Shown here piece after piece: positions 25,406 to 37,452 of a stretch of 64,000 nt of DNA. This DNA comes from Lama glama (taxonomy: Eukaryota), in assembly GCA_028534125.1 (NCBI GenBank), contig CM052832.1:14758001-14822000 (forward strand). The letters run 5' to 3'. The translations under genes and the position numbers were made by a program. Within the stretch, counting starts at the first letter, position 1, and every line of letters begins with the position of its first letter. The notes below the pieces were generated by a model. It had not been told where the DNA came from, did no database searches, and worked only from the letters and a program-made list of their open reading frames with translations.

Positions 25406-26759
25406 CCATTCATTCAATAAGCATTTATTACATACTCTTTCTACTTACCCATGATATAATACCTTATATGAGTAATTACATGAGTAATACCTTAGCATCT
25501 CAAGATGCTTAGCATCTCAAAATACGTAATACCTTAGTATCTCAAGAGCAATGAACAGCACCTGGCATTTAGTAGGTGCTCAGTGGCATTATTATTACTG
25601 CATCAGAGTGCTGATATAAGTGCAAGCTTCTATGAGAGTGGAGAGGAGGTCCTGCCTGGGAATGTAGGAGGTCTTCCTTTTTATTGATCCTAGAGGACTG
25701 GGATGGTCAACTTGCAGCCATTTTAGGACCTTGTATTACCTTTCAGACCTCTGCCTCATCCTGTCTCGACCTTCTCTGGGGAACGACTATGATAACTCAT
25801 CCTTACCAAGGTGCCGGTAACAATAATAGCTAAGCACAAGGCTCTCCAGGGTGAAAAATGCAACCAACTGAATTTTGACATCAGTTAAGGTGAGGGGGCT
25901 AGTTCTGAAGACCCTGGAATCTTCCTGAAGCCCTAGAATACTTATGCGTAGGCAGTCGCACAATTACTTCTGAAATTAGAAAATAACAATAAATATTATC
26001 TAGGATGGTCCCATCTGACAGAATGGGGGTTGCAGATGCTTGGTGCCTTTCCAAGGTGACTCAGAGAAAGGAAGAGCCAGTCCCTATCCTCCGGGGATAT
26101 CCCTCAACCCAGCTGGCAGGATGAGGAAGAAGCTGAGATCTTGGCTGCATGACTTTCCTTGAACTCATGGAGGTAGAGGATCCTGGGCGGTGGGTGCCTG
26201 GGAATAGTTACCTCCTTGCCTCCACACTTCAGGGACTGTAGGAGAGCAAGCTGCTGCTGGCCAGTGGCCACTCTGGGCCTGGAAAAGCGAGCTACCAGTC
26301 CCTCCTGAGCACTTCTGTATGACAGGCCTCTGCCAGGCTCTGGGGGGCACAGAGAGCATGGGGTGGGGTGGTTTTATGACTCTCAGGTCCCTTTCCCCAG
26401 GGTTCTCTGAAAGCTTCTTCCATCCCTGATCTGGAAAGCCAGACAGCACCTCCTCCAGGAAGCCCTCACTGACCTCCCTTGTCAAGTACCCACCCTCAGT
26501 GCTCTCCTACAGCCCTCCATTGGGCTTTTTCCAGTACTGCTTGCTTGTCTGTCCCCTGCTCTTGGCTGATCCCTTTTAGGGCCTGAGCCTGGAATCTTCT
26601 CACTATTACCCCGTGCCTTGCACATAAGATGAGCTCAGTAGCTATGTATCAACTAATGAACGGGTGAGTGAGTTCACTGGCTGCCAGGGTGTGGATCCCC
26701 CAGCGAGGAGGGGGAAGCTTGCAAGGGTTAACCAGGAGCCCGCCTGTGGTCTGAGGTAA

Positions 26760-26843
26760 GCAGGGAGCGTATTTGTTCAGGTAAATAAGGAAGGATTACT
26801 TATAATGGGAAATCAGGCCCTGGCCAACTCTTCATCTCACGCT
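26760..26843 (+). promoter_or_regulatory. SPDEF: SPDEF proximal promoter
   Basis: TATA-like TATAAT (26801-26806), inverted forkhead motifs TATTTGT (26770-26776) and GTAAATA (26781-26787), and ETS core AGGAAG (26788-26793), immediately upstream of sequence resembling the SPDEF mRNA 5' end. Confidence 0.7.
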
Positions 26844-27232
26844 GCCTGACTTCCTCCCAGCACATTCCTGCACTCTGCCCGTGTCCACACTGCCCCGCAG
26901 ACCTAGTCCCCTGAGCCCACTGCAGCCTCCCTCCCAAGCCCCTCTGTCTGGGTCTTGCCACAGTGCCAGCAGGTGGCCCTAGGCTGGGGACTGGGGCTCC
27001 CTATAGTACACACAGCCCTAAGACCTCAGAGGGCCACCCTTAGAGGGTGGCTAGAGCTCTAGTGGCCCACCCACGTGCCATCCCTTCCCCCAGCCCTGCC
27101 GGCCCCTGGTAGCACTGGCCCCCCCAGATGCCCGGCTGAAACACAGCAGTGGCCTAAGCTGCCCACACCTCCTCCTGGCCTCCGAGTTTGGCACAGCAGC
27201 GAACGACTCCTTGGGCACCAGGCAGCTAACGG
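26844..27232 (+). other. SPDEF: SPDEF exon 1 (non-coding 5' UTR); start approximate
   Basis: ctgacttcctcccagcacattcctgcactctgcc...gggcaccaggcagctaac matches the recalled SPDEF 5' UTR and ends at a consensus donor GG|GTAAGT (intron starts at 27233). Confidence 0.8.
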
Positions 27233-30200
27233 GTAAGTCTGGCAGGAGGCAGTGCCCTGCCATGGGGGCTGTGCCCTGCCATGGGGGCTTTCCCCTGCCA
27301 GCTGTAGGGAGGTGGGCAATGGAGGGTGCTATCAAGGCCAGAACTGGTCTTCCGGGCATCAGTGACCCTGACCTGGGTCCTTCAGCCTCAGACGCCCCAA
27401 TCCCTCTGCGTACTGCCTAGTCTGCCTCCCTAGGCTGACCCTGAGCCTGGGTGAGGCCTCTGGCGTGGAGAGGCCTGGGGTGCCCCATGTCTGTGATGAC
27501 CCTGTCTGGGCTCCACACTGAGCCCAGCCTGTCCAGCCTGAGGGGAGGCAGCTCTGCAGGTGCAGAGCCTCAGCGCCTGAGACCAGGCCAGTTCTGCTTG
27601 GCTAACGAAACACAAGCAGCCTTTCTGCTGCTGCAAGCCACAGCTGCTCTGCCAAGGGAAGGGTCTCTCTGGGGCCTGGTCACAAGTTGGCATGGGCTTG
27701 CTAGAGCCTAGAGGCTCAGGGCCAGGGCCAGGGTCCAGGTCAGAGCAGGGGTTCAGTCCCAAAGCCCAGGGGTTGGGAGGAGCAGTGGTGGGCACAGAAA
27801 CTGGGGTGGGAAGCTGCAGAGTAAACCACCTGGGGGCTTGGGTACCCACAGAAGTGTGGGAGCATCTGGGCACATGAGGAAAGCAATGCGGGGAGCAGTG
27901 GGTGGGTTTGAAGGTGCTTATTTCTAGGATTTGCCAGATGCCTGTGGGGAGAGAGGGAAGTAGGTTGTGGGAATAACAGGGTGGAAAGCTGAGGGGTCTG
28001 GATGGCCGGGGGCTCCCCTGAAGGAGGACGAGGTATGTGTGCACATGAGTGTGTATGTGCACGTTGAGGAGCTAGCCCCGGATCCCCCCACCTCCCCAGG
28101 CCAACTGGGCCCAGCCAGAAGCCCCTACCTAGACCACAAGCCTTGAGTGCCCTGTCCCCTGTATGACAGGCATGGCCTTCCTGCTTCTCCGTGGCCAGGC
28201 TGGGACTTGGCCTCATTTCCTGCCCCCACATCCCCAGTAAATAGAGTCACAGCAACCCCCAATAAAGTGACATCTCCCCAGCTCCAGCTGCTCGGCTGAG
28301 TAACAAAGCAAACAGGCATCCGGGCTGCCCCAGGCCCAAGGGGGCAGGCAAGAATGCGCAGGAGACTCTCCACCAGACAGGTGGGCCCAGGCCACGACTC
28401 AACCTAGCTGGCCAGTGCCACTTGCGGCCTGCCCACCTTGGGGAAGGGCTGGAGCCAGGAACTCCCAACTTGGAGCCTCTTCACCCCAAACTCACAGAAC
28501 TTTGAGGAGAGGGACGTCCTCAGAGCTCCCAGGGAAGTTGGGGCATGGAGAAGGTGGTCTCCCGCGAGGTAGGGGACCACCCTCCCATTTGAGAGCCTGA
28601 CAGTGAATGGACAAACATTTCCTCTTAGCCATGCACTGTGGGGAGACCCAGAGCTGGACTGTCAATCCCTGCTGAATTTGGTTATTGTGTGTTACCAATT
28701 ATAAAACCTTTTGGCAGCTGCAACGTCACTTGTTTTTCACAAGGACCCTCTGAATTAGATAGAATTTCTCTGTCAACTGAGCCTGAGGGAATAGGGTGGC
28801 ACTCAGCAGATGATCAGTCAATACTCAGAAAGTGTGATGTTGGCAGAAAGTAGAACCAGGAGAACCCACTTACTACCACTGAAGTTGCTGCAGATATATA
28901 AAGTTAATAACCCTGAACCAGTTAGATCACAGCTTTGTGCTTAACAACTTGGTGCAGCTTGAGTGTAACTTGGAGACAAGGCCTTTTGGATGGAGGGCAA
29001 GAAAGTGCAGGTTAGGGCCCCCCAGTGTGTGACCTTGGGCAGGTCACTTTTTCTCCCTGCATTTGCAGCTCCTTGTCTGTGAAATGAGGCTAGACAAGAT
29101 AGCCTCCTTTATTAAGGGTGGCTTCATGGAAGAGGCAGATTGACGTGGGGTTTTGAAGGCTGTATAGCAGTTGGTGGAGGCAGCGGCCAGCTGGTTTTGC
29201 CAGGTTTACAAGACTTGCGTGCTTTCACAGCCTTGTCTCCTAGTCTGAGGTAAGGGGAAGTAGGGGGTCTGGCTCTGGCTCCTCCTAGAGGCCAGGGAGG
29301 GGTGAATGAGGCCAGCAGCTGCCCTGGACTAGGTTAGAGAGCAGGATGACCTCAGGGCAAGGTCCAGGACTCTCTTACCACCATTTTCAACTCTCCCCCA
29401 GATTCCACCCTTTCGCCCTGCCCCTCCCTCCACTATCACCACGTTCCTTTGTTTCCCTCACTCTTCACCCTATTACCTTTCGCTCCCCTCTTCTCCAGCC
29501 TCATCCCCTCACCTGCTCCTAGGTGCCACCTTCACTCGTGCTCAGCGCATCATAATTCACAAGGAATTTCCACCCACCCTCCCCCTCAGTCTCCACACCC
29601 CTTTAAGACATGCTCTTGACAGCCCGTTTAGCAGATGAGACAACTGAGTCTCTTGCCCCAGTGGCAGAGCTAGAGAGCAGGGAGTTGGGGCTCAAAATGA
29701 TCTGGGACCCTCCCTGTGCCCCAACCCCCACCTCATTGCATGCTCCACCCTGCGCCCCCAGCCAAGTGAGTGGCCTGTCAGGTGGAACAACTCTTTCCAA
29801 AGCAAACTTTGCACAAGCCGAGTTGCCCTGGGCTCTTCCTGACATTTAATGCCAGGCTCCTTTCCCTGCCTCTTTTGCATGTTCCCAGCCCAGGAGGTGC
29901 CCCCTGCCAAATTCTCCTCTCCCACCTCTCAGGGGCCTCTGAGCGAGGGGAGGGTGAGCCTCCTCCTCCCTCTGGACCACTCCTTCTGGGCCAGGGATCT
30001 GAGTGTGACTCTGCTGGGGGCCAGAGGGACCACAGCCCACCTGGAGCTGTAGAAAGGGGCGATGAGGTCTCTCTGGGCACCACCAGAATCAAGGGGCCCT
30101 TCCTTCTCCCTCTAGCTTTGCGATTGAAAGGGGTCTGGGGGTGACTGCCTGGGTTAGGGTCCCAACACCTGGGACTGGTGATGGGCGGGGCCCAGGTCAC

Positions 30201-33200
30201 TAACCTTGGGGCAGCAATTGGCCTGCAGGCTTCTGGGATCCAGCTCTTCTTGCCTGACTTCAATGCCCCACCCCACAGGGCTCCTCAGCAGAGGGGCAAT
30301 ATGTCTCTGCTGACGTTTCATGGCTGGGGTAGGCCCCATAACGTCCTCTTAACCCATCTCCATCCTTCAAACCTTTTTTTGAAGCAATTTCTGTTCTTAG
30401 CCTCTCAGGACAGTTCATTCTGGACTTTTAAGATTTTCTGTAACATTGGAGTGCCTTCCCTCTGTCCTAAATCTTCCTTTCCAAGTGCCAAGATGAGTTC
30501 CCTGGCCCTAGGATTGGGGCTTAAGGCACATTTTCTCCCTCAGCCCTGTCAAGATTTTACAGATTCACCAACAGGCATTTACAAAGCGCCTCTGCCTCTC
30601 CAACACTGTGCTGGGCCTGGAGAGGGCCACAGAGACATGTGAGAATGGAGATGAGGGTGACCCATTACACACACCTCTTGTGATGTGTACACACATCACT
30701 GTCCTGCCTTGTTGTTCCAAACCCCAGAGATACATTGTATTTATGGGTCCCCATTTTACAGACAAGGAGACTGAGGCCAAGAGAATCAACCAAGGTGCTA
30801 TAGGCAGAAGTTGGGTGAAATCCATGTGTTCTCACCCTGTCAGGGACCTGGCTGCCCAGGTCGGGCCGGGCTGTGGGGAACGAGATGCTCTCGGAACCTC
30901 ACAGCCCCTGTCCCGGAGTGAGTGCTGGAGGGTGTACAGAAGAGTGTGGGGCTCAGTGGGTAGCCTGAACAAGGCAAAAGGGATGGTCAGCAGGGGTGAC
31001 CATTGGGGTTGGAAAGTGCCAAGCCACCATCACCATCTGGAAAGGATGGGGCTTATCCTTGAGCTCTAATCCCTGTCCGGTCACCATGGATACATGCCCC
31101 GAGGCAGCCACCTCCCTGTGCCTGTCAAGTGGGAATAATACTGGGTGCCCCAGGAGACAGTGGGAGAGCCCCAACAAGCTGTTTGTTTAGTTGGCCTTTA
31201 CCCTCCCTGGAAGGGTTGGAAGTGATGTGAGTGGCGGGGGGGGGGGGTGTGTGGATGCCCGTGGTACTCATGCTGTGAGAAAGAGTGGGAGACGGTGTTG
31301 GTACAAATGTGCCTTCGGGCTCCTGACTGTCCATGGGAACCATGGGAAAAGCAGACCAGACCGTGTTTCCATGATGTTTCCTGACTCTTTTATTTCTTAT
31401 CCTCCATCCTCCTGCTACCTGGCCCTGCCCCCCAACTCCCTGCTCCCAAGGCTTCCCACACATCACAGCTCCCCACCTGTGGGCTGGCTCCCCAGGTTGA
31501 ACTTTTGCTTTTGCAAAAGTTAGGTCAGTGGCCTGGATGAGTCTGGGATCTGAGGAGGTGGGGCAAAGCCTGGGTGTCTAGAAGAAACTTACCTCTCCTG
31601 CTCCTCTCACACTGAGCCCACGACAAGGCAGGCCTCCCTCAGACACTCCCAGGCACCCCCGTCCCTTCTCTCTGCCCTTGGAGACTCCTGGGATAGCAGG
31701 TGCTTAGGGATGGCTACAATAGGGTGCTTGAGAGAGAGCTGGAGTGGCCCTGGGTGGCCAGCCTGGGACCCTCTTCCTGAACAAGATGGTGGTCTATCCA
31801 GTGGGGAGAGGCTAGCTCTCTGGACAGTGAATGGTGGGCAGTAAGGAGGAGGCCAGGCACTTTTCGCGGGTCCAGCTATCTTGAAGAGCAGGGCAAAGGA
31901 CAACGGAGCTGGGTTTTCATGGGAGGGCAGGAGCTATCCAAGGAGAAGGGAAGGGGCTGGAGGAGGAGTGGCAGTATGGGAAAGGAATGTCTAAGGGAGC
32001 AGGGAGTCTGGGGCCAGAGGCAGAGAGTGTTCAGACAGCTGCTCAGGCAAGTCCTGGGCACTGGCCTGGGCAGGCCCAGCTTCTCTCCAAGGTGCTGACC
32101 AGCTGACTCAGAATTGGGGGGACAGGCCCATGTGGCCCCTGCCCACTCTGCGTGGCTCCTGGCCAGATCTTGGTCACACCCCTAAAGCTCCCTGATTCTG
32201 ACCCATTAATGCGGGTCCAGACACTTGGATGGAGGGAAGGAAGGACTGACAGCTGGGGCAGTGGGCTGCAGAGGTGAAACTGGAGAAGGTCTGCTCCCAA
32301 TTGGTGGAGGAGGCCGACTCTGGCCGAATGGCAGGCTCTGCCACATGCTCGCCCCATCCACTCCTCCTCAGTGCTCTTCTCACAAGGTTGTCTCAGGATT
32401 GAGGTGGGGGCTCAGGCACATTTATCCCACCCACAACCTCCTGGGGGTGAGATCTGGGAGCCTGGCCTAAGCAGGATGTGGGAGACAGGCTCCAACGCCA
32501 TGACAGACCAGGGCCTTAGTAAAGACCTCCTGGTAGCTCCATTTCCCCAGGGTGGGGGCTTCAGGAGATACCTGGGCATTTTTGCACATGGGGGTGAGAG
32601 TGAGAACCTGGGAGGCAGGGGAGTTGCAGGAATACATTCCGGGCCCCAAAGGGCAGGAAATAGCTGCTGGAAATCTCTAACTTTGGGTCCCTCTGCCCTC
32701 CTTGTTCTGCCTTCCTGGGGGAAAGGGAGGTGCTGAGAGAAGGGGCCCGAGGTGGCTAATCCCTCTGGCTGCCACCCTGTGAATCTGGCCCCATCTCTGG
32801 GCCTTGGCCTCCACCAGCTGTTACCAAATTTCTTTGTCTGGAGTCAGAGCCAGTGCCTCTGGGGCAAGAGGGAGCCAGGACACGCTGAGCCTTAATCCAG
32901 ACACGTGGCTTAATTCAGAAAAGATCAGTTCGAGGTTTGGAAGCTGGAGGCATCGCTCAGGAGACAGGCAGCCCCTTGGGACCTGGAACTGGCAAATACC
33001 AGGCTTGTCGCAGGACCCTAGGCCTATGGTGTGGTGACCTGAGGGTCAGCAGCCCTCTAGTCTGGTCTTGGCTCTGCCGTGTGACTATGGGCATGTCCCT
33101 GCCACTTCCTGAGCCTCATTTTCCCAGTGCCCATGTGTTCCCATGAGTAGACAATCACCCATGATAATCATTGCCTGGCACAGATGGGGAGAGCTGGAAA

Positions 33201-34124
33201 GTCAGGGGAGGGAGCTGTTGGGGAGGGTTTCCTGGGGGAGGAGGGCTTTAGGCTGAACTTTGTTGAAAAGGAAGGGTCATCGTCAGCAGGGGGACAACAA
33301 AACAAGAGAAAATAGCCATGCCCTGCCCACAGCACAGCGGCCAGGGAGAAACACTGTTCTCATTAGAGCCTGCATATGTGGTCACCAAGTTGATCTCTGG
33401 TTCTCATCCAGACCCTGCCCCTAACCAGTGAAAAATACCTGTTTCCCCCTCTGTGCTTCATTGTCCTCATCTATAAAACAATCACATGGTATATGGTCAC
33501 TTCCAGCTCTGATTATCTGGGCTGAGTAGGAGGTGGCTCAGAGGCACCAGCCATTGGGATCAGGTGTGGCAGAAAATGGGGAGCCATGGGAGGTTCTTGA
33601 GCACCAGGGTGCCTGATGAAAGGGTCTTGGAGGGAAATGATCTTGACAGTGCAGCGGAATGAGCAGCCAGGAGGCAGAAATGGACTTTGGAAGGCCAAGC
33701 TGCCCAATCAGGAGGTGGACAGGACCCTGGGAAGAAGGGGTCAGCCAGAGCAGGAGCCTCAGAGGGAATGTGGTGCAATGAGGAGAGTCCGCACTTGGCC
33801 AGCTGGGGACCTCGGGCAAGCTGCATAATCTCTCTGAGCTGCACTGGCCACATCTATAAAATGTGGCTCTTGAGTCCCAGTCACACAGGCTGTGGGTAGT
33901 GGAGGGATTACCTATATGAACGCTCCAGGCAGAGGAGGTACATTGTCTCCCCTCCAGAGTCCGGCCCTAGGGCCTGGAGGAGGAGCCAGAGTTGCAGGCC
34001 AGGCATGCCAGCCCATGGCTCCCTGACCAGTAAACCAAGGTCTCCCTAGACTGGGCTGCTCAGTCTGAGCCTTCCGCACCACCTCCCCACCTGCAGGCAA
34101 TTGGCTCTTTCCTCCTGCTGCGCC

Positions 34125-34137
34125 GTTAATCATTAAC
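34125..34137. promoter_or_regulatory. Perfect HNF1 consensus site in SPDEF intron 1
   Basis: GTTAATCATTAAC matches the GTTAATNATTAAC palindrome; no repeat recognised around it. Confidence 0.6.
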
Positions 34138-35422
34138 TTCTTTTTCACCAGGGAGGTGTTGGAGCTGGGACCAAGCCTTGGCTGAGAGCAGGTTCCTTGG
34201 CATTTAGGAGCAAGGTGACAGGGAACTGGAATGTAGGGTGTGGAGGAGGGAGTCTCTGCTGGTGAAGGAGCCCCTGGCCAGGAACCGAAAGACCAGGATT
34301 TGAGTCCCTTAGCTCTGTGCATCATAACTTCCCTCTACAATGCAGGAATGAGCCTAAGGCCTGAGCTGCCTTTCCCCCGGGGAGGGGGATGGTGGCCAGG
34401 GCTTCGAAGCTCACTCGACAAATGTGTCAGGGATGTGTCATCACATCCCAGCCTGGCAAATGTTGCCACCTGCCCTGCCCATTCATCCTCACTGACCCCT
34501 CATGCCACGGTGCCCAGAAACATAGCAGTTGCTTCCCATCCTACCTATGGCTGAGGCCAAGCAAACAGGAGGGCCACGAGGGAAGCAAGTTCTCCTGCCT
34601 CTTGGAAAAGGTTCTGTCTCCTTGGCACACAGCCCAAGGTGTTGGCAAAGATTGTCCTAACGTGGCAGGCTGGGGAGTTCTGGGGACATGGATGGGGCGG
34701 GAGGCAGGCAGTGGATGATGAGGGAGGGGTGGGGTGGAGAGAGGGGCTCTCCAGGGGTGGAGCCACCTGGAGGGTAGGGCGTGGGCCCAGGCTGGGATGG
34801 GGAACCAGGGGCAGAGCAGGCTGTTGGCTCTGCCTGGGTAAATAATGTGGGCCCACAGCACACACATGTGTTTGCACAGAAGGACTTGAAATGATTCCAG
34901 GCCTGCCCTCTGTCCCCCGCAACCCTGCACCCCCTCCATCCCTGCCTACCCCACCCTGACCTTTCCTTCCTTGTCACTTAAAGGAGCCCTTGAAAGGGAG
35001 ACATGAAATGAAAGAGGACACCTTTTTCTCTTGCTGGCGTTCTCTTCACCTAAGGAAACTGCAGGGCTGCCACGTAAAGTGCAGAAGGTTGGGCACTGCA
35101 CCAGAGAGGGGACACAAGGGAGCTGGAGTTCCACTTGGGCTCCATTCACCAAACTATGCTATCCAGAAAGAAGAGGGTGTCATTTTCTGAGTTGTATGAA
35201 GTTGCACTAACTGCAGCCCTAGAGAAGTCAGAATCTTCCAGTTTCTTTTTCTGACCCACCTGCAGGGCAAAGGACGCTGCGGGTCAGTCTTACAAGGTGA
35301 CTGGAGAAGGGCCAGGGAGCCCACACCCCACTATCTGACAGAGCACAGTAAATTCCACCACTAGAGAGTCCAGCAGCCCTTCCATTAAAGCCTTCCCTCT
35401 TCCTGGCCAGATGCCTTCAAAG

Positions 35423-35634
35423 CAGCGATTCTCAAACTTGAACACCCAACAGAATCACCTCAAGGGCCTGCTGAAACGCGAGGCTGCACCTTCCTCCCCA
35501 CCCCCCGCACGTGCCCCTGCCCTGAGCTTCTGATTCAGTAGCTCTGATGAAGTGGGCCTGAGAATTTGAGTTCCTCACAAGTTCCTAGGTGGTGCTAATG
35601 CTACTGGTCTGGGCATCACATTTTGAGAAAACTG
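35423..35634. mobile_element. MER5A-like hAT-Charlie DNA transposon
   Basis: Imperfect terminal inverted repeats CAGCGATTCTCAAA...TTTGAGAAAACTG, with internal cagaatcacct, ttctgattcagtag and gggcctgagaattt motifs. Confidence 0.75.
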
Positions 35635-37016
35635 TTTAAAATATTAAAACCCCCAGGGAAGGATGCACATCAACTTGCCCTCAACAGGTTTATCCAATCC
35701 TTGCCTTTTTTCTGCGTGGTCCCCTGTATTATAGGAGCACATGTTTGTTGGTAATCTTCCACCTCTGTCCTAATTTATTCTTGAGTCTTGAGCCCACCAA
35801 CCACGGAGCTATCCCAGAACCCCTGGTGTTTGCTGCATGTACATGTCTCAAGTCTCCTGCCCCATCCAAACCTCGTACTCCAGTCTGGAGCTCAGAGAAA
35901 AGGGCCGGTGGGGGTGGGGGGAGGAAGCAGAGCCTGGGACCAATGGGGAGGGAGGCCTCTAGGTCCTCGTGTTGAGGCCAAATGGTGCCTCTTGTGGGGA
36001 CTTAGGGCATCAAGGAGGAGCGGGGTCTGACGTGCTGAGGGCCTTGTTCGGCCCCCAGAGCCTGGCTGGGCCTTTTCGCGACCCCTGTGGCCATGGGGAA
36101 AGCAGGCCCGTAGGTCTGCACATGGGCACCTCGGGTGGGAGTTGTGAGTTCCTCTAAGGCGTGAGGGGAGAGGAGAGGGCCCTGGGAGTGGGGAGGGGCC
36201 CAAGGCAGCACCTTTCAGGGGAGGATGAGGCCAGGAGGGTACCAGGAACCCAGCCCTGAGTGGAGGCGGGACCAAGCACACCTGTGCCTTGTTGCTCGGT
36301 GACCACCTCAGCAGCGTTAGGCTGGGAATGTATTCACACTCCCTAAATGGCCCTGTGGGTGGGGAAGTGGGTGAGGGGGTTCTACCTTGTCACACCCCTC
36401 AGTGGCTCCTTTCTTTCTTCACCTGGCTGGTGAAGATGATGGTGACCTTCTCCCTTCCCTACCCCTTTCGAGGGCAGAATAAAGGAAAACAAGCTTTGCT
36501 ACAACAGGAAAGATTCAGATTAGCTCTCAGAAGGAACTTCCTCTATGGGACAGTGGACTGGGATCTGGGAGTGGGCTGGCCCAGCAACAGAGGGCTGGAC
36601 ATTAAAGACTCCTTGTCCAGGCCTCAGTTTGCTCATCTGCCAAATGGGACTCATCATGCCTTCCCTTGTGAGGATGGAATGAAGTCAAGAATTCAGAAGG
36701 TTGTTTTAAGCACCCTACCTGTGTAAAGATTTGCTGCTCCCAGCTGACCTGGCTGGGAGGGGTTTGTTTAGAGTCCTACCCTGACTCCCACCTCATTGCC
36801 TTTCCCAGCCAAGAACGCCTGTCTGCCCCAGCCCTGTCCTTGCTGCCCAGTGACCCGGAAGCCCCAAGTCTCTCCCAGGCCCAGCCACTGCCCACTGGGC
36901 TCCTCATCTCTGTAACCAGCTTAGCGGCCCCCATGGGGATGGGGAAGCAGCCAGAACCTGAATTTCCTTCCTTTTTGATTTCTGTAGACGCAGCCGCCAG
37001 CCCGAGCAGCAGCGGC

Positions 37017-37452
37017 ATGGGCAGCACCAGCCCGGGCCTGAGCAGTGTCTCCCCCAGCCGCCTCCTGCTGCCCCCTGACACTGTGTTGCGGGCAGGCCTG
37101 GAGAAGGGGGCGGTGGGGGCGGCAGGGCCTGAGAGACGGGACTGGAGCCCCAGCCCACCTGCCACGCCTGAGCAGGGCCTGTCCACCTTCTACCTCTCCT
37201 ACTTCGACATGCTGTACCCCGAGGACAGCAGCTGGGCGGCCAAGGGCCCTGGAGGCAGCACTCGGGAGGAGCCAACTGATGAGCCTGAGCAGTGCCCAGT
37301 CATCGACAGCCAAGCCCCGGGGAGCAGCCTGGACTTGACGCCAGGCGGGCTGACCCTGGAGGAGCACTCACTGGAGCAGGTGCAGTCCATGGTGGTGGGT
37401 GAGGTGCTCAAGGACATCGAGACAGCCTGCAAGCTGCTCAACATCACGGCAG
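37017..37452 (+). CDS. SPDEF: SPDEF coding exon 1 (exon 2, which starts at 36988): N-terminus MGSTSPGLSSVSP...ETACKLLNITA
   Basis: Acceptor tctgtag|ACG, Kozak ggcATGg, donor CAG|GTGAGC; 436 nt. Translation matches the SPDEF/PDEF N-terminus. Confidence 0.97.

Noticed and set aside
25457..25547. CRISPR-like or minisatellite reading of the repeated 22-mer
   Set aside because: Mammalian context, only two full copies, and the intervening sequence is itself derived from the repeat rather than a unique spacer.
27430..28062. 210-aa ORF antisense to SPDEF intron 1
   Set aside because: Starts in CA-rich low-complexity sequence; no domain or homology recognised.
28261..28266. AATAAA in SPDEF intron 1 as an intronic poly(A) site
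   Set aside because: No clear downstream GU/U-rich element; better read as a HOX13-type DNA motif or chance.
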